Source: a virus (taxonomy: Duplodnaviria; Caudoviricetes). From it: a DNA stretch of 43,769 nucleotides. Numbering within the stretch: the stretch's first letter is position 1; each line of letters starts with the position of its first letter. Shown one piece after another: positions 16,214 through 24,705 of this stretch. The notes below the pieces were generated by a model. It did not search any database. It was not told the DNA's origin and saw nothing but the letters and a program-made list of their open reading frames with translations. The translations under genes and the position numbers were made by a program. Where the stretch lies: positions 1-43,769 of the IMG/VR virus record IMGVR_UViG_3300031454_000011, one strand, 5' to 3'.

Positions 16214-16384
16214 TTATGATTTATCTATCTTTTGTTTTACCCGCAAACTTCTAATTAATTCTCTTAATATTTCTGTCATAGTGCGCCCGTTTTGTTCGCA
16301 GTAACTAATTAGCAATATCCGCTCGTCTTCAGGCAGGTTAAAGGTTATCTTAGTCATGCCCTTGGGAGGATTGTGGCTAGGCAT
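16214..16384 (-). CDS. CopG/RHH-family regulator, 56 aa (not in ORF track)
   Basis: MPSHNPPKGMTKITFNLPEDERILLISYCEQNGRTMTEILRELIRSL fits a ribbon-helix-helix. Confidence 0.8.
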   Translation of the reverse strand: MPSHNPPKGMTKITFNLPEDERILLISYCEQNGRTMTEILRELIRSLRVKQKIDKS

Positions 16385-16391
16385 ACTAATA

Positions 16392-16467
16392 AAATATGTA
16401 GTAACTACTAACTTAATACTAACTATATATGGCTGAAATATGTAGCAACTACTAATAATATTAGTAG
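16392..16467. promoter_or_regulatory. Operator-like repeats between the RHH gene and the pilin operon
   Basis: AAATATGTAG(T/C)AACTACTAA at 16392 and 16436, each containing GTAG-N3-CTAC; also the palindrome CTACTAAT-AAT-ATTAGTAG. Confidence 0.65.
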
Positions 16468-16536
16468 CACGTTAAAACCACTGATAGGTTAATTTTTTAA
16501 ATGGGTAAGTTTTGCTTATGAACTAATGCAAAACTT

Positions 16537-17058
16537 ATGATTAATACGCTTATTTTGAAACTTGCTTTGCCATCTAAAAAAGATGGCGGCTTTACCCTTA
16601 TTGAGCTTTTAGTTGTCATTGCCATAGTTGGAATTTTAAGCGCGATCGCATTACCTTCGATGCTCGGTCAAGCTTCCAAAGCCAAAGAAGTGCAAGCTAA
16701 AACAACAATCGCTAGTGTAAACTCCGCTCAAAACGCCTTTCGTACCGAAAACACTTCCTTTGCACCAGATATAGACACTTTAGCCCTTGGGGTGCCTACT
16801 GACACGGCTAACTATGTCTTTGATGTTGTAGGAAAAGCGGACACAGCAACAATTACAGCTACACCTAAAGATAGCGCTTTAAATGGCTATGTTGGCGGAG
16901 TAGTAAGATATAGCAATGAAGGAAATAGTGCGATCGCTACAATAGTTTGTAAAACGAAAGTTTCGGGAATTACAGCGCCAGTCCCGCCTACTTTAGATTC
17001 AACCCAAACCACACCAGAAAAGGCGGCGGCCTGTGATAAATCGCAGGAGAAATTGTGA
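16537..17058 (+). CDS. pilA: Type IV pilin, cyanobacterial PilA/G-H type
   Basis: Prepilin cleavage motif G|FTLIELLVVIAIVGILSAIALP, then KAKEVQAK...SAQNAF...YVGGV and a C-terminal Cys pair. Confidence 0.9.
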   Translation: MINTLILKLALPSKKDGGFTLIELLVVIAIVGILSAIALPSMLGQASKAKEVQAKTTIASVNSAQNAFRTENTSFAPDIDTLALGVPTDTANYVFDVVGKADTATITATPKDSALNGYVGGVVRYSNEGNSAIATIVCKTKVSGITAPVPPTLDSTQTTPEKAAACDKSQEKL

Positions 17059-17417
17059 TGTCAGGACTTGACAAAACAGAATCAGTTGTTCCCTACGGCT
17101 GCGAACAATGCCCAAACAAAAGCAGTACCAATTGTGCTGTAGAAATACAGAAGGCGAGTGTGAGTCGGACTGACGAGAGATCCCAAGGCAGAGGTTACTC
17201 TTACCTAATTGTGTTTGTTATCAGCGCTTTTATGGGGCTTCAAAGCATCGATTTGAAATTTAACAAAAATGATTCTTGGGTATTTTCTACCAAAGAAGTG
17301 CCGTTTACAGTGGTCGTCCCAGGACTCGTATTAATTGCTGGAGTCATGGGATTAGATACGTCGGCGATCGCCCTTGGGATTGGTAACATCTTGACCAGTG
17401 GTAGGAGAATTGATTAA
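17055..17417 (+). CDS. Two-TM membrane protein (pilus accessory or holin-like)
   Basis: Two hydrophobic segments and an N-terminal CxxC; start overlaps the pilin stop. Confidence 0.65.
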   Translation: MMSGLDKTESVVPYGCEQCPNKSSTNCAVEIQKASVSRTDERSQGRGYSYLIVFVISAFMGLQSIDLKFNKNDSWVFSTKEVPFTVVVPGLVLIAGVMGLDTSAIALGIGNILTSGRRID

Positions 17418-17451
17418 TGGCTAACAAGAGTGCTATTTCAGGAGCTAAACC

Positions 17452-17955
17452 GTGACTTACCTAGCTGAAATAGTACAGCTTTCGCACTTTGGGCAGAAGG
17501 TACGCGCCAAGCTACTCGGCGTTAAGCGCTCTGATGGTTTATGGATACAATCCGCGCAAACCATTGTAGAACTCCCCTACTCTAGGGTTTGGCACGAGCA
17601 GCAATTAATTTTGCTTGAACTAGACAAGAGAGGGAATGTAGAGGTGGCAGTCTCTGCTAACGAGCGCTTGAATAAAGCTTTGCAGGAGTGGAGTTTAAAA
17701 GCATTCCAATTTGATACACGTAAAGGTGACCTTGATGAAAAGCATGAATCTTTAAAGTATCAATCAGCCAAACTATTGAAGCGTGAAGCCGACTTGAAAC
17801 GTCGCGAGGAACTGCAAACTATTCTTGAGAAACAGTTGCAATCTCTTGAAGAAAAAGTACAGGAGAAACTTGTCGCTGTCGAGATTCAACACGCGGCACT
17901 TACTGAGGCTTGGAAGCACGTCCATTACAAAGAACAGCAGCTAAACGAAGGCTAG
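17452..17955 (+). CDS. hmpF: Truncated HmpF-like protein (N-terminal domain plus short coiled coil)
   Basis: M.YLAE...KLL...RSD..W...LLEL....V...ESL.YQ...RE...L..AW.H matches my recollection of the cyanobacterial HmpF N-terminus; GGAG RBS. Confidence 0.72.
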   Translation: MTYLAEIVQLSHFGQKVRAKLLGVKRSDGLWIQSAQTIVELPYSRVWHEQQLILLELDKRGNVEVAVSANERLNKALQEWSLKAFQFDTRKGDLDEKHESLKYQSAKLLKREADLKRREELQTILEKQLQSLEEKVQEKLVAVEIQHAALTEAWKHVHYKEQQLNEG

Positions 17956-17984
17956 GTACGGGGGCAATACCTTTTTTTCTTTTT
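17954..17984 (+). terminator. Terminator-like element closing the pilin operon
   Basis: AGGTA...TACCT followed by a long T tract. Confidence 0.45.
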
Positions 17985-18103
17985 AGACGCTGCGGGATGC
18001 AAATTTTCGATGAGCGCCAAAAATCTAACTTTGAAAATTAGCTCGAATAGTTGAAACGTCTTTTTTGAAAAATATCTAGAACCCTAAAATTAGCTCAAAA
18101 AGT

Positions 18104-18472
18104 TCAAGGACGATAAGCAGCGCAAGCATAGTAAATCGCACTAGCTATTACGCTATCATCATCAGCTTGCTGAATCGGGAACTCGATACCATTAGGAGGA
18201 GGGGAAGGGATGTTATTGATTGCTAGTTTTTGATACTGAAAAGCTAAGGTATTACATCCTGCTACTATACGAGCGCTCGTCAATTCTTGAGCTTCTACTA
18301 ATCGCATATCAAACTTTACTAAAGTGCTGCTTTTATCAATACTCTGCTCATTGATAAAAACCGACCCGCTCGGTGTAGTTCCTAAATTTACCCATATTGG
18401 ACTAGATAAAGCTACATCGCTCATATTTATTAAACTCGTACAAACTGCTACTGCTAATAATTTTAACTTCAT
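18104..18472 (-). CDS. Secreted/periplasmic protein
   Basis: Signal peptide MKLKLLAVAVCTSLI...VALS; W..LG...F.N..SI pattern and two Cys. Confidence 0.7.
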   Translation of the reverse strand: MKLKLLAVAVCTSLINMSDVALSSPIWVNLGTTPSGSVFINEQSIDKSSTLVKFDMRLVEAQELTSARIVAGCNTLAFQYQKLAINNIPSPPPNGIEFPIQQADDDSVIASAIYYACAAYRP

Positions 18473-18582
18473 TTTCTTTTACTGTTTGCTTATGCTACAA
18501 GCGTAACTAACGCATCATTAAATACATATCAGTAGCAGTACGGAATTACAGTTAAGATACGATAAAGATTTTTGGTAAAACT

Positions 18583-19098
18583 ATGGCAATTGGCAAGTAC
18601 GGTATTAGTCGATTTCAAAGCGCAATTGAAACATCAAAATTGCCGCCACAAGACCAACAAAACCCCGTTTACAATAACAACTCAAACAGCAGCGCAAACA
18701 ATACCTATCCTTATAATCCGCCTAAGCAGATGGCGCAAGAGCCAGTAATTACAGGCAATGATGGAGCGCAATCATCAAAACCTGAGCCAGCCGAGCAAAA
18801 CTATGGCAGTGGCGTTCTAAAACTGCAAGCGAAACTTGCTAACCTATCTTTGCAGCGCGACGTACAGCAACCGCAAACGCTTCCAAATCCTGATACTAGC
18901 GGAAATATGAGCATCTCTAAACAGCAAAACAATATGCAAGATGCTAATTACAAAGAAATGATTCCTTACTTGCAGAAGCAAGCTAACAAAGATTTTAATA
19001 GAATGGCGCTCTATTCAGCGATGTCTAACTTAGGTAGCTCAATTAGTGGCGCAAATGCTCGTTACCAAGAGTATTGGAGCGGAGGGTTAGTTAAATGA
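18583..19098 (+). CDS. N/Q-rich low-complexity protein, possible internal virion protein
   Basis: Amino-acid composition; coupled to the downstream repeat protein. Confidence 0.6.
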   Translation: MAIGKYGISRFQSAIETSKLPPQDQQNPVYNNNSNSSANNTYPYNPPKQMAQEPVITGNDGAQSSKPEPAEQNYGSGVLKLQAKLANLSLQRDVQQPQTLPNPDTSGNMSISKQQNNMQDANYKEMIPYLQKQANKDFNRMALYSAMSNLGSSISGANARYQEYWSGGLVK

Positions 19099-20105
19099 GT
19101 TTTTTAGCAGGAGCAGGATTAAACTTACTAGGCGGATTGTTCGGCGGAGGTGCGCGAAAAAAGGCGGAAAAACGCGCTGCTCAATACCGCCAGAAAGAAG
19201 CAGCGCAAAACTTTGGCTATACCCAACAACTTCAACAGGGACAACTAGGCTCGGAGGAGCGTAGAGCAACGGAAGCACAGCAAGGAGAAACAGGTAGACT
19301 TGGGATGCAAATCGGTTCTACCGAACTTCAGCAAGGTAGACAAATTGGCTCTACTGAACTTCAACAACGTAGGAGTATTGGAAGTCAGCAATTAATGCAG
19401 CGAGTTTCTGAAGCTGGGCAAACAAGCAGACTAGGGATGCAAGAATCCGGTTTAGCCAGTCGTTTAGGGGCGCAAATTGGATCTACTGAGCGTTTGCAAG
19501 GTAGAGATATCGAAAATCAGCAATTAATGCAGCGACTTAGCGAGTCTGGTTTAACTGGTAGACTAGGAATGCAAATTGGTTCTACTGAGCGAATAGCAAG
19601 TGAAGCTCAAACAGGTGAGACGCAACGGCTAGGAATGCAAGAAAGCGGATTAGGAGCGAGGCTTGGTTTGCAGCTAGGCAGCGAGGAACGTAGAGCAAGC
19701 GAAGCTCAAGCTGGTGAGACGCAACGGCTAGGAATGCAAGAAAGCGGATTAGGAGCGAGACTCGGTATGCAAACAGCATCGACTGAACGCATTGCAACTG
19801 AAGCGCAAACTGGAGAAACTGGTAGACTCGGTATGCAAACAGCATCTAGTGAACGCATTGTAGGAGCGCAACAGGCTGGAGAAACTGGTAGGTTAGGGAT
19901 GCAAACAGCATCGACTGAACGTATTGCAACTGAAGCGCAAACTGGAGAAACTGGCAGACTAGGTATGAATTTAGAAAATCAGCGATCGCTCCAAAAATCA
20001 AGCTTTGAAAATCAATCGCGCCAGAAAGCTCAAGATGCTGCTAGAGCTAGATTATCGTTTGGAGGTAGGTATGGGGAGCAGCGAGGGCAATATGGGAGGT
20101 ATTGA
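19095..20105 (+). CDS. 11/22-aa repeat protein, putative DNA ejection/pilot protein
   Basis: Gly-rich hydrophobic N-terminus (LAGAGLNLLGGLFGGG) followed by many GETGRLGMQ-xxS-TERIA-xEAQ repeats. Confidence 0.65.
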   Translation: MSFLAGAGLNLLGGLFGGGARKKAEKRAAQYRQKEAAQNFGYTQQLQQGQLGSEERRATEAQQGETGRLGMQIGSTELQQGRQIGSTELQQRRSIGSQQLMQRVSEAGQTSRLGMQESGLASRLGAQIGSTERLQGRDIENQQLMQRLSESGLTGRLGMQIGSTERIASEAQTGETQRLGMQESGLGARLGLQLGSEERRASEAQAGETQRLGMQESGLGARLGMQTASTERIATEAQTGETGRLGMQTASSERIVGAQQAGETGRLGMQTASTERIATEAQTGETGRLGMNLENQRSLQKSSFENQSRQKAQDAARARLSFGGRYGEQRGQYGRY

Positions 20106-20300
20106 GCTTTCACTTATTACTATTGTTACTACTGTTGCTATTGCTGTTATTGTTTTTATAGTTCTGCAAAAATCCTAAAACCTAAATTGACCTGAAAAGT
20201 TAGAAAATGCCACTATAGGATTGAATCATAATGAAATGTAGAGAGAACTCTGGCTAAAGCAAGAAATAAGCAGCACAAAGTAGATAAATTCCGCTCTGAA

Positions 20301-20831
20301 ATGTCAATGCAGCAGAGGAAAGCTTTTGATGAGTATTGCCGTTTTAACCGCACTAATACCGATATTTGGCGTTATTTGGTAGCTCAAGGTTATTTAATCT
20401 CGTTAACTGCTGTAGACCATTGGCGGCGCGATACTTTCCCAGATGGAGAGCAAGCAAAGGTACTTAACGGGCTTGCTCAGGTTTACGATGGTCTAGAGGG
20501 CGATCGCTCTTTAATTACGATTGAAGGGATAGCACTCTCTTTAATCCGCCAGCTAACGCAGACTTATCAGCAAGCACCCAACAAATTAGACCCAGACATT
20601 TTAAAACTGTTTGCGCTACTCCCTGGCTTTATGCGAGAAGCAAGAAGTGCAGCAGCGAGTCGTGAGGAAATGAAGTACATCAAAGATAGGAGCGCTTTAG
20701 AGCTTGCAGGCGCTCAGAGGATGGCTGATATACTTGTACAAACTTTTGATGGTACAAGCTTCGAGGATGCTTTGAAAGAGGCAACACAAGGCGCGATGAT
20801 GCAAGTAGAGCAAGAGGTTAAGGGGTTATGA
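20301..20831 (+). CDS. Putative terminase small subunit (Mu gp27/DUF3486-like)
   Basis: IWRYLVAQGYLISLTAVDHW HTH-like segment; lies upstream of the large terminase. Confidence 0.5.
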   Translation: MSMQQRKAFDEYCRFNRTNTDIWRYLVAQGYLISLTAVDHWRRDTFPDGEQAKVLNGLAQVYDGLEGDRSLITIEGIALSLIRQLTQTYQQAPNKLDPDILKLFALLPGFMREARSAAASREEMKYIKDRSALELAGAQRMADILVQTFDGTSFEDALKEATQGAMMQVEQEVKGL

Positions 20832-21049
20832 TGATTCATCAACAGTTTCTAAGGAAAACACTATCGCTTCCTGTAATGATAGGAATCAGTTTATTTGCAC
20901 CTAAGCTGATGCTTGGAGGTGGAATAATAGGGATTATTGCAGGGATAGTATTCTTCAGCTATTTAATTACAATCTATCTTTATTCAATCAAGTTGCACAA
21001 AAAGCTAAAGCAGCAAATACGTAAATATGGACAACCAACAGATATATAA
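20828..21049 (+). CDS. Small membrane protein
   Basis: Hydrophobic segments and a basic C-terminus. Confidence 0.55.
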   Translation: MMIHQQFLRKTLSLPVMIGISLFAPKLMLGGGIIGIIAGIVFFSYLITIYLYSIKLHKKLKQQIRKYGQPTDI

Positions 21050-21443
21050 AAACTACGAACGCGGAGCTAAATCTTATGCAAAAGTAGCTAATCACATACC
21101 GCCTCGGATTATAGAAAGCGCTTACAGGTTTGCGCTTACGCACTCTAATACCCCTACAGAGCAGCTAGAACTTGACTTTTGCCCGTTGCGGTGGAGGGGC
21201 GATCGCAATTTTGTAGATATCCTAGCTAATTCAACGGTTCGAGAATGGATTTTTGAAAACGTTGCATTTTTAGCTACCGCACCAGAAAAAACTCGCACTC
21301 TACTTAACAATTGTTACCTAGACGCAACAGCAGAAGGGGAGGAATTTAGGAAGCAGATTTTTTATATGGTTTGCATGGCATTAGTAAGCGTAGTCTACGT
21401 TAAGAAACACTTAGCTTTTAGCAGTGAAATAGGATTGAACTAA
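21027..21443 (+). CDS. Hypothetical protein
   Basis: 138-aa ORF coupled to its neighbours. Confidence 0.65.
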   Translation: MDNQQIYKNYERGAKSYAKVANHIPPRIIESAYRFALTHSNTPTEQLELDFCPLRWRGDRNFVDILANSTVREWIFENVAFLATAPEKTRTLLNNCYLDATAEGEEFRKQIFYMVCMALVSVVYVKKHLAFSSEIGLN

Positions 21444-22042
21444 TGAAATACTGGCTAGATACAGAGTTTATTGAGGATGGCGTGACAATCGACCTTATTA
21501 GTATTGGGATTGTTGCGGAGGATGGGCGCGAGTTTTACGCTTGTAATAGAGAATGTCAACTTGAGAAAGCTTCGGATTGGGTATGGAGTAATGTTTTAGA
21601 GCCGATTGGTTGCCAAAAACTCGACGACACAGCTTTTTTGCGTCCTATCGAACCGCTCGTTTGGAAGCGTAGATCAGAAATTGCATCTGAAATTATTGAG
21701 TTTGTTTATGGCACTGATGAAAGACCAACAACCGAAGGCTATTTAGATACCAAGCCTGAATTTTGGGCTTATTACGCAGATTACGACTGGGTAGTTTTTT
21801 GTCAGCTATTCGGTACAATGATGCAACTGCCTCAAGGATTTCCGATGTATTGCAGAGATTTAAAGCAATGGTGCGATACCTTGGGCAATCCTAAGCTACC
21901 AGAACAAGGCAAAGGAGAACATAACGCTTTAGCCGATGCTCGATGGAATAAACAAGCTTGGGAGTTTTTAAGCGAGTATCAAGGTAGAGCAATCTTAAAA
22001 ATTGAGGAAAATCTAATTAAACTTGCTGGAGCGATGGAGTGA
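21443..22042 (+). CDS. DEDDh 3'-5' exoribonuclease (Rv2179c-like)
   Basis: LDTEF...LISIGIVAEDGREFY, YADYDWV and HNALADA motifs. Confidence 0.88.
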   Translation: MKYWLDTEFIEDGVTIDLISIGIVAEDGREFYACNRECQLEKASDWVWSNVLEPIGCQKLDDTAFLRPIEPLVWKRRSEIASEIIEFVYGTDERPTTEGYLDTKPEFWAYYADYDWVVFCQLFGTMMQLPQGFPMYCRDLKQWCDTLGNPKLPEQGKGEHNALADARWNKQAWEFLSEYQGRAILKIEENLIKLAGAME

Positions 22043-22247
22043 TATGGATGAGTTAATCATTGATAGATTGCTTACAGGCGCTAAAATTATCCGTAGGTAT
22101 CAATCAAGTGCAGATATAGCAACTGGGCATGATTGCATCTTTTTCGGTAACTACGATACTAGAGAAGAAATGAAGCTGGACGAGCAGCAGCAGATGGAGG
22201 ATTTGGGATGGTACGAGGACGAGGAAGCTTGGACGTTAAATATCTAG
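22023..22247 (+). CDS. Hypothetical acidic protein
   Basis: ORF with ATGHDCIFFG...LGWY. Confidence 0.6.
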   Translation: MLERWSDMDELIIDRLLTGAKIIRRYQSSADIATGHDCIFFGNYDTREEMKLDEQQQMEDLGWYEDEEAWTLNI

Positions 22248-22248
22248 A

Positions 22249-23727
22249 ATGCCAATCCGTACTCATAGACCAGCGCTAGTAAAAGCTAAGAATATGGTAG
22301 CAATCGCATCGGTAGAAAATGCTCCACCCGAAGCGATCGCAGCGCGTAAAAACTTTGCAGAATTTCGGCGGTATGTTTGCAAACATGAAAGTTACGAACA
22401 TCATGAGGTATGGGATAAAGCTTTAAATACGGGTAAGGATAGTAAATGCCTCAAGGGAATAGCGGGTAATAACACACTAATACTCGCGCCTCGTGGTAGT
22501 ACCAAATCAACCTACCTAGTAGAGTGGGTAGCTTACCAGATAGGACAGCAGACCGCTCCAGATATACGTTTATCAATCAAAATCCTCTATGTCTCCTACA
22601 CAATAGACATCGCTATTCAGAAGAGCGTACAGATTAAGCAAATCATCGAATCTCCCGAATATCAGCGCGTGTTTCCTTGGGTGAGGAAGGGGGAGAAATG
22701 GGCCGATAAGCAATGGGTAATAGATCGGAAGGTAGCTGGACTCTCTACTATTGATGAGCCATACACATTAGCTTGCAGTGGTCTAAAAGGTGCGACTACT
22801 TCAAAGCGATCGCACTTGATTGTATTAGATGATTTGATCAAGTCTCCTAAGCAAATAGAATCACTCGCTATCCGTGAGGAGATGTCGAGTAACTGGACAA
22901 CCGTTATCCTTCCGACGATGTTTGAAGGAGGTAAAGCAGCGTGTCTTGGGACTAGGATGACTCCCGACGACATTTATCAGACAGATTTTATCCCTGCTAA
23001 GGGTTGGCAACAGCTAATACAGTCTGCAATTGTCGATAATGAGCTAGGAGAGGAATATTCTTACTGGCAAAGTGGGCAATCACTCGGCTTTTTGCAAGAA
23101 ACTAGAGAATTAGACCCTGTAGCGTTCAGTTTTCAATACCAGAACAAAGTTGTTCGGGTTAGCGAACAAAGTATAGATCCCTTATGGATTACGAATGGCG
23201 AAGTTCCAGACATTGAAGAATTTGACGCTTTAGTAATGGGCGTAGATTTATCAACTTCACTCAAAGAACGTGCTGATTATACCGTAATGGTACTCGGAGG
23301 AAGAGTCGATAACCGTTTCTATATCCTCGATATGCGTAGGATGCGAACCATCGGCAATATTGAAAAGCTAGACGACATGATTGAGCTATGGAGCGATTGG
23401 GGCAGCGCTAGAGTAGATATTTGGGTAGAAGCTGAAGCTTATCAAGGTAGCATCGCCGGAGATTTTACATCTCATGTTATTAATACGCGCAAAGTCTACG
23501 ATTTAACCTGTACCCCGGTAACTCTTAAAGGGGACAAATTAACTAAGCTACGCTCTGTAACTGGTTTATTCCAAAACAAGCTCATTACCTTCAACCAGTA
23601 CGCTATGCTCGGTAGGCTCAAACATGAACTGATTAACTTTGGCTCAACTGACCACGATGATTGCGCGGATGCTCTAGTTTTATGTCTGCACGGATTGCGC
23701 CAGCGCAGAAAATTGGAAATTGCTTAA
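22249..23727 (+). CDS. terL: Terminase large subunit
   Basis: APRGSTKS Walker A, IVLDDL Walker B, GTR coupling motif, and GVDLS / HDDCADAL nuclease motifs. Confidence 0.93.
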   Translation: MPIRTHRPALVKAKNMVAIASVENAPPEAIAARKNFAEFRRYVCKHESYEHHEVWDKALNTGKDSKCLKGIAGNNTLILAPRGSTKSTYLVEWVAYQIGQQTAPDIRLSIKILYVSYTIDIAIQKSVQIKQIIESPEYQRVFPWVRKGEKWADKQWVIDRKVAGLSTIDEPYTLACSGLKGATTSKRSHLIVLDDLIKSPKQIESLAIREEMSSNWTTVILPTMFEGGKAACLGTRMTPDDIYQTDFIPAKGWQQLIQSAIVDNELGEEYSYWQSGQSLGFLQETRELDPVAFSFQYQNKVVRVSEQSIDPLWITNGEVPDIEEFDALVMGVDLSTSLKERADYTVMVLGGRVDNRFYILDMRRMRTIGNIEKLDDMIELWSDWGSARVDIWVEAEAYQGSIAGDFTSHVINTRKVYDLTCTPVTLKGDKLTKLRSVTGLFQNKLITFNQYAMLGRLKHELINFGSTDHDDCADALVLCLHGLRQRRKLEIA

Positions 23728-23736
23728 AAAACAGAG

Positions 23737-23786
23737 TGTTCAGGTTATGTTGTTCAGATTAAACCTGAACAGATTAAACCTGAACA
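23737..23786. repeat. Cluster of four AA(C/T)CTGAACA motifs (two inverted, two direct)
   Basis: TGTTCAGGTT, TGTTCAGATT, AACCTGAACA, AACCTGAACA; the same motif recurs at 824-2700. Confidence 0.75.
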
Positions 23787-23881
23787 CCTTACTTTTACTC
23801 ATATTTTTTTTCATTAATAGCTTTGAGTAGTACAAATGTGCTAACAAAGAAGCACACTAACCTACTTTGTAAAGGCAGCCA

Positions 23882-24247
23882 GTGAGAAAGAAGCCTAAAG
23901 AGAGATTTAGAGCGATCGCAGCAGCCGTAACTACCTGGGCGGGTTCTCCTCCAGCTACGATAAGTGCGATTTTAAGTATTTTGGCTTGGGCAGCGCTCGG
24001 CCCAGCTATGAAATTTAGCGAATCATGGCAACTCTGGGCAAATACCGGAACTACGATCGTTACTTTCTTGATGGTTTTCTTTATCCAAAACTCGCAAAAC
24101 CGCGATTCTAAAGCGATTCAAGTTAAACTTAATGCAATTCTAGCCGGGCTTGATGGAGCAAGTAATAAGCTGATAGATTTAGAGAATCAAGCAGAAGATG
24201 AGCTAGATGAAGCTGTAGAAGAAATTAAACAATTTAGAGAGAAATAA
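23882..24247 (+). CDS. Low-affinity iron permease (Fet4-like) family membrane protein
   Basis: WQLWANTGTTIVTFLMVFFIQNSQNRDSKAIQVKL signature. Confidence 0.85.
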   Translation: MRKKPKERFRAIAAAVTTWAGSPPATISAILSILAWAALGPAMKFSESWQLWANTGTTIVTFLMVFFIQNSQNRDSKAIQVKLNAILAGLDGASNKLIDLENQAEDELDEAVEEIKQFREK

Positions 24248-24255
24248 GGATTAAA

Positions 24256-24705
24256 ATGGGTATATTCGATATTTTCAAGAAATCAGAATCCGAACCCGAA
24301 CCAGAACAAACCGAACCAGAACAACCGCAAATAGAACCAGAAATTTTACTAGCACCCGTCGCGCTAGAACCTGAACAGCCACAACCAAAGGAGCAAAAAA
24401 TGTCAGAAGTTTCACAACCCCCTACTTCGTCAGAGTTGCCGCCAGGACACCCGGGAGAGCCTACAGCAGCAGCAAGTTCTAGTACCGATATAGGAGCAGA
24501 ACAGAAGACTACTGAAGCTGTAGTACCTGTTTTTGACCCTAATAAGGTAGAGCAGCTACCTAAGTCCTATATCGATACTCAAGTAGAAGTTACGGATAAG
24601 GCAGAGCAGCTTACTGAAGATAGAGGAGAAAAAGCGACTGAGGAAGTTAAAGCAGCCGAGCAAGTTCAAACTTTTGAATCTAAGTTAGAGAAAGGAGCAG
24701 AGTGA
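24256..24705 (+). CDS. E/P/Q-rich disordered protein
   Basis: Amino-acid composition; AAGGA RBS. Confidence 0.7.
   Translation: MGIFDIFKKSESEPEPEQTEPEQPQIEPEILLAPVALEPEQPQPKEQKMSEVSQPPTSSELPPGHPGEPTAAASSSTDIGAEQKTTEAVVPVFDPNKVEQLPKSYIDTQVEVTDKAEQLTEDRGEKATEEVKAAEQVQTFESKLEKGAE

Noticed and set aside
19300-19970. Near-identical repeats as a DGR template/variable pair
   Set aside because: They are in-frame coding repeats without adenine-specific differences, and no reverse transcriptase is present.
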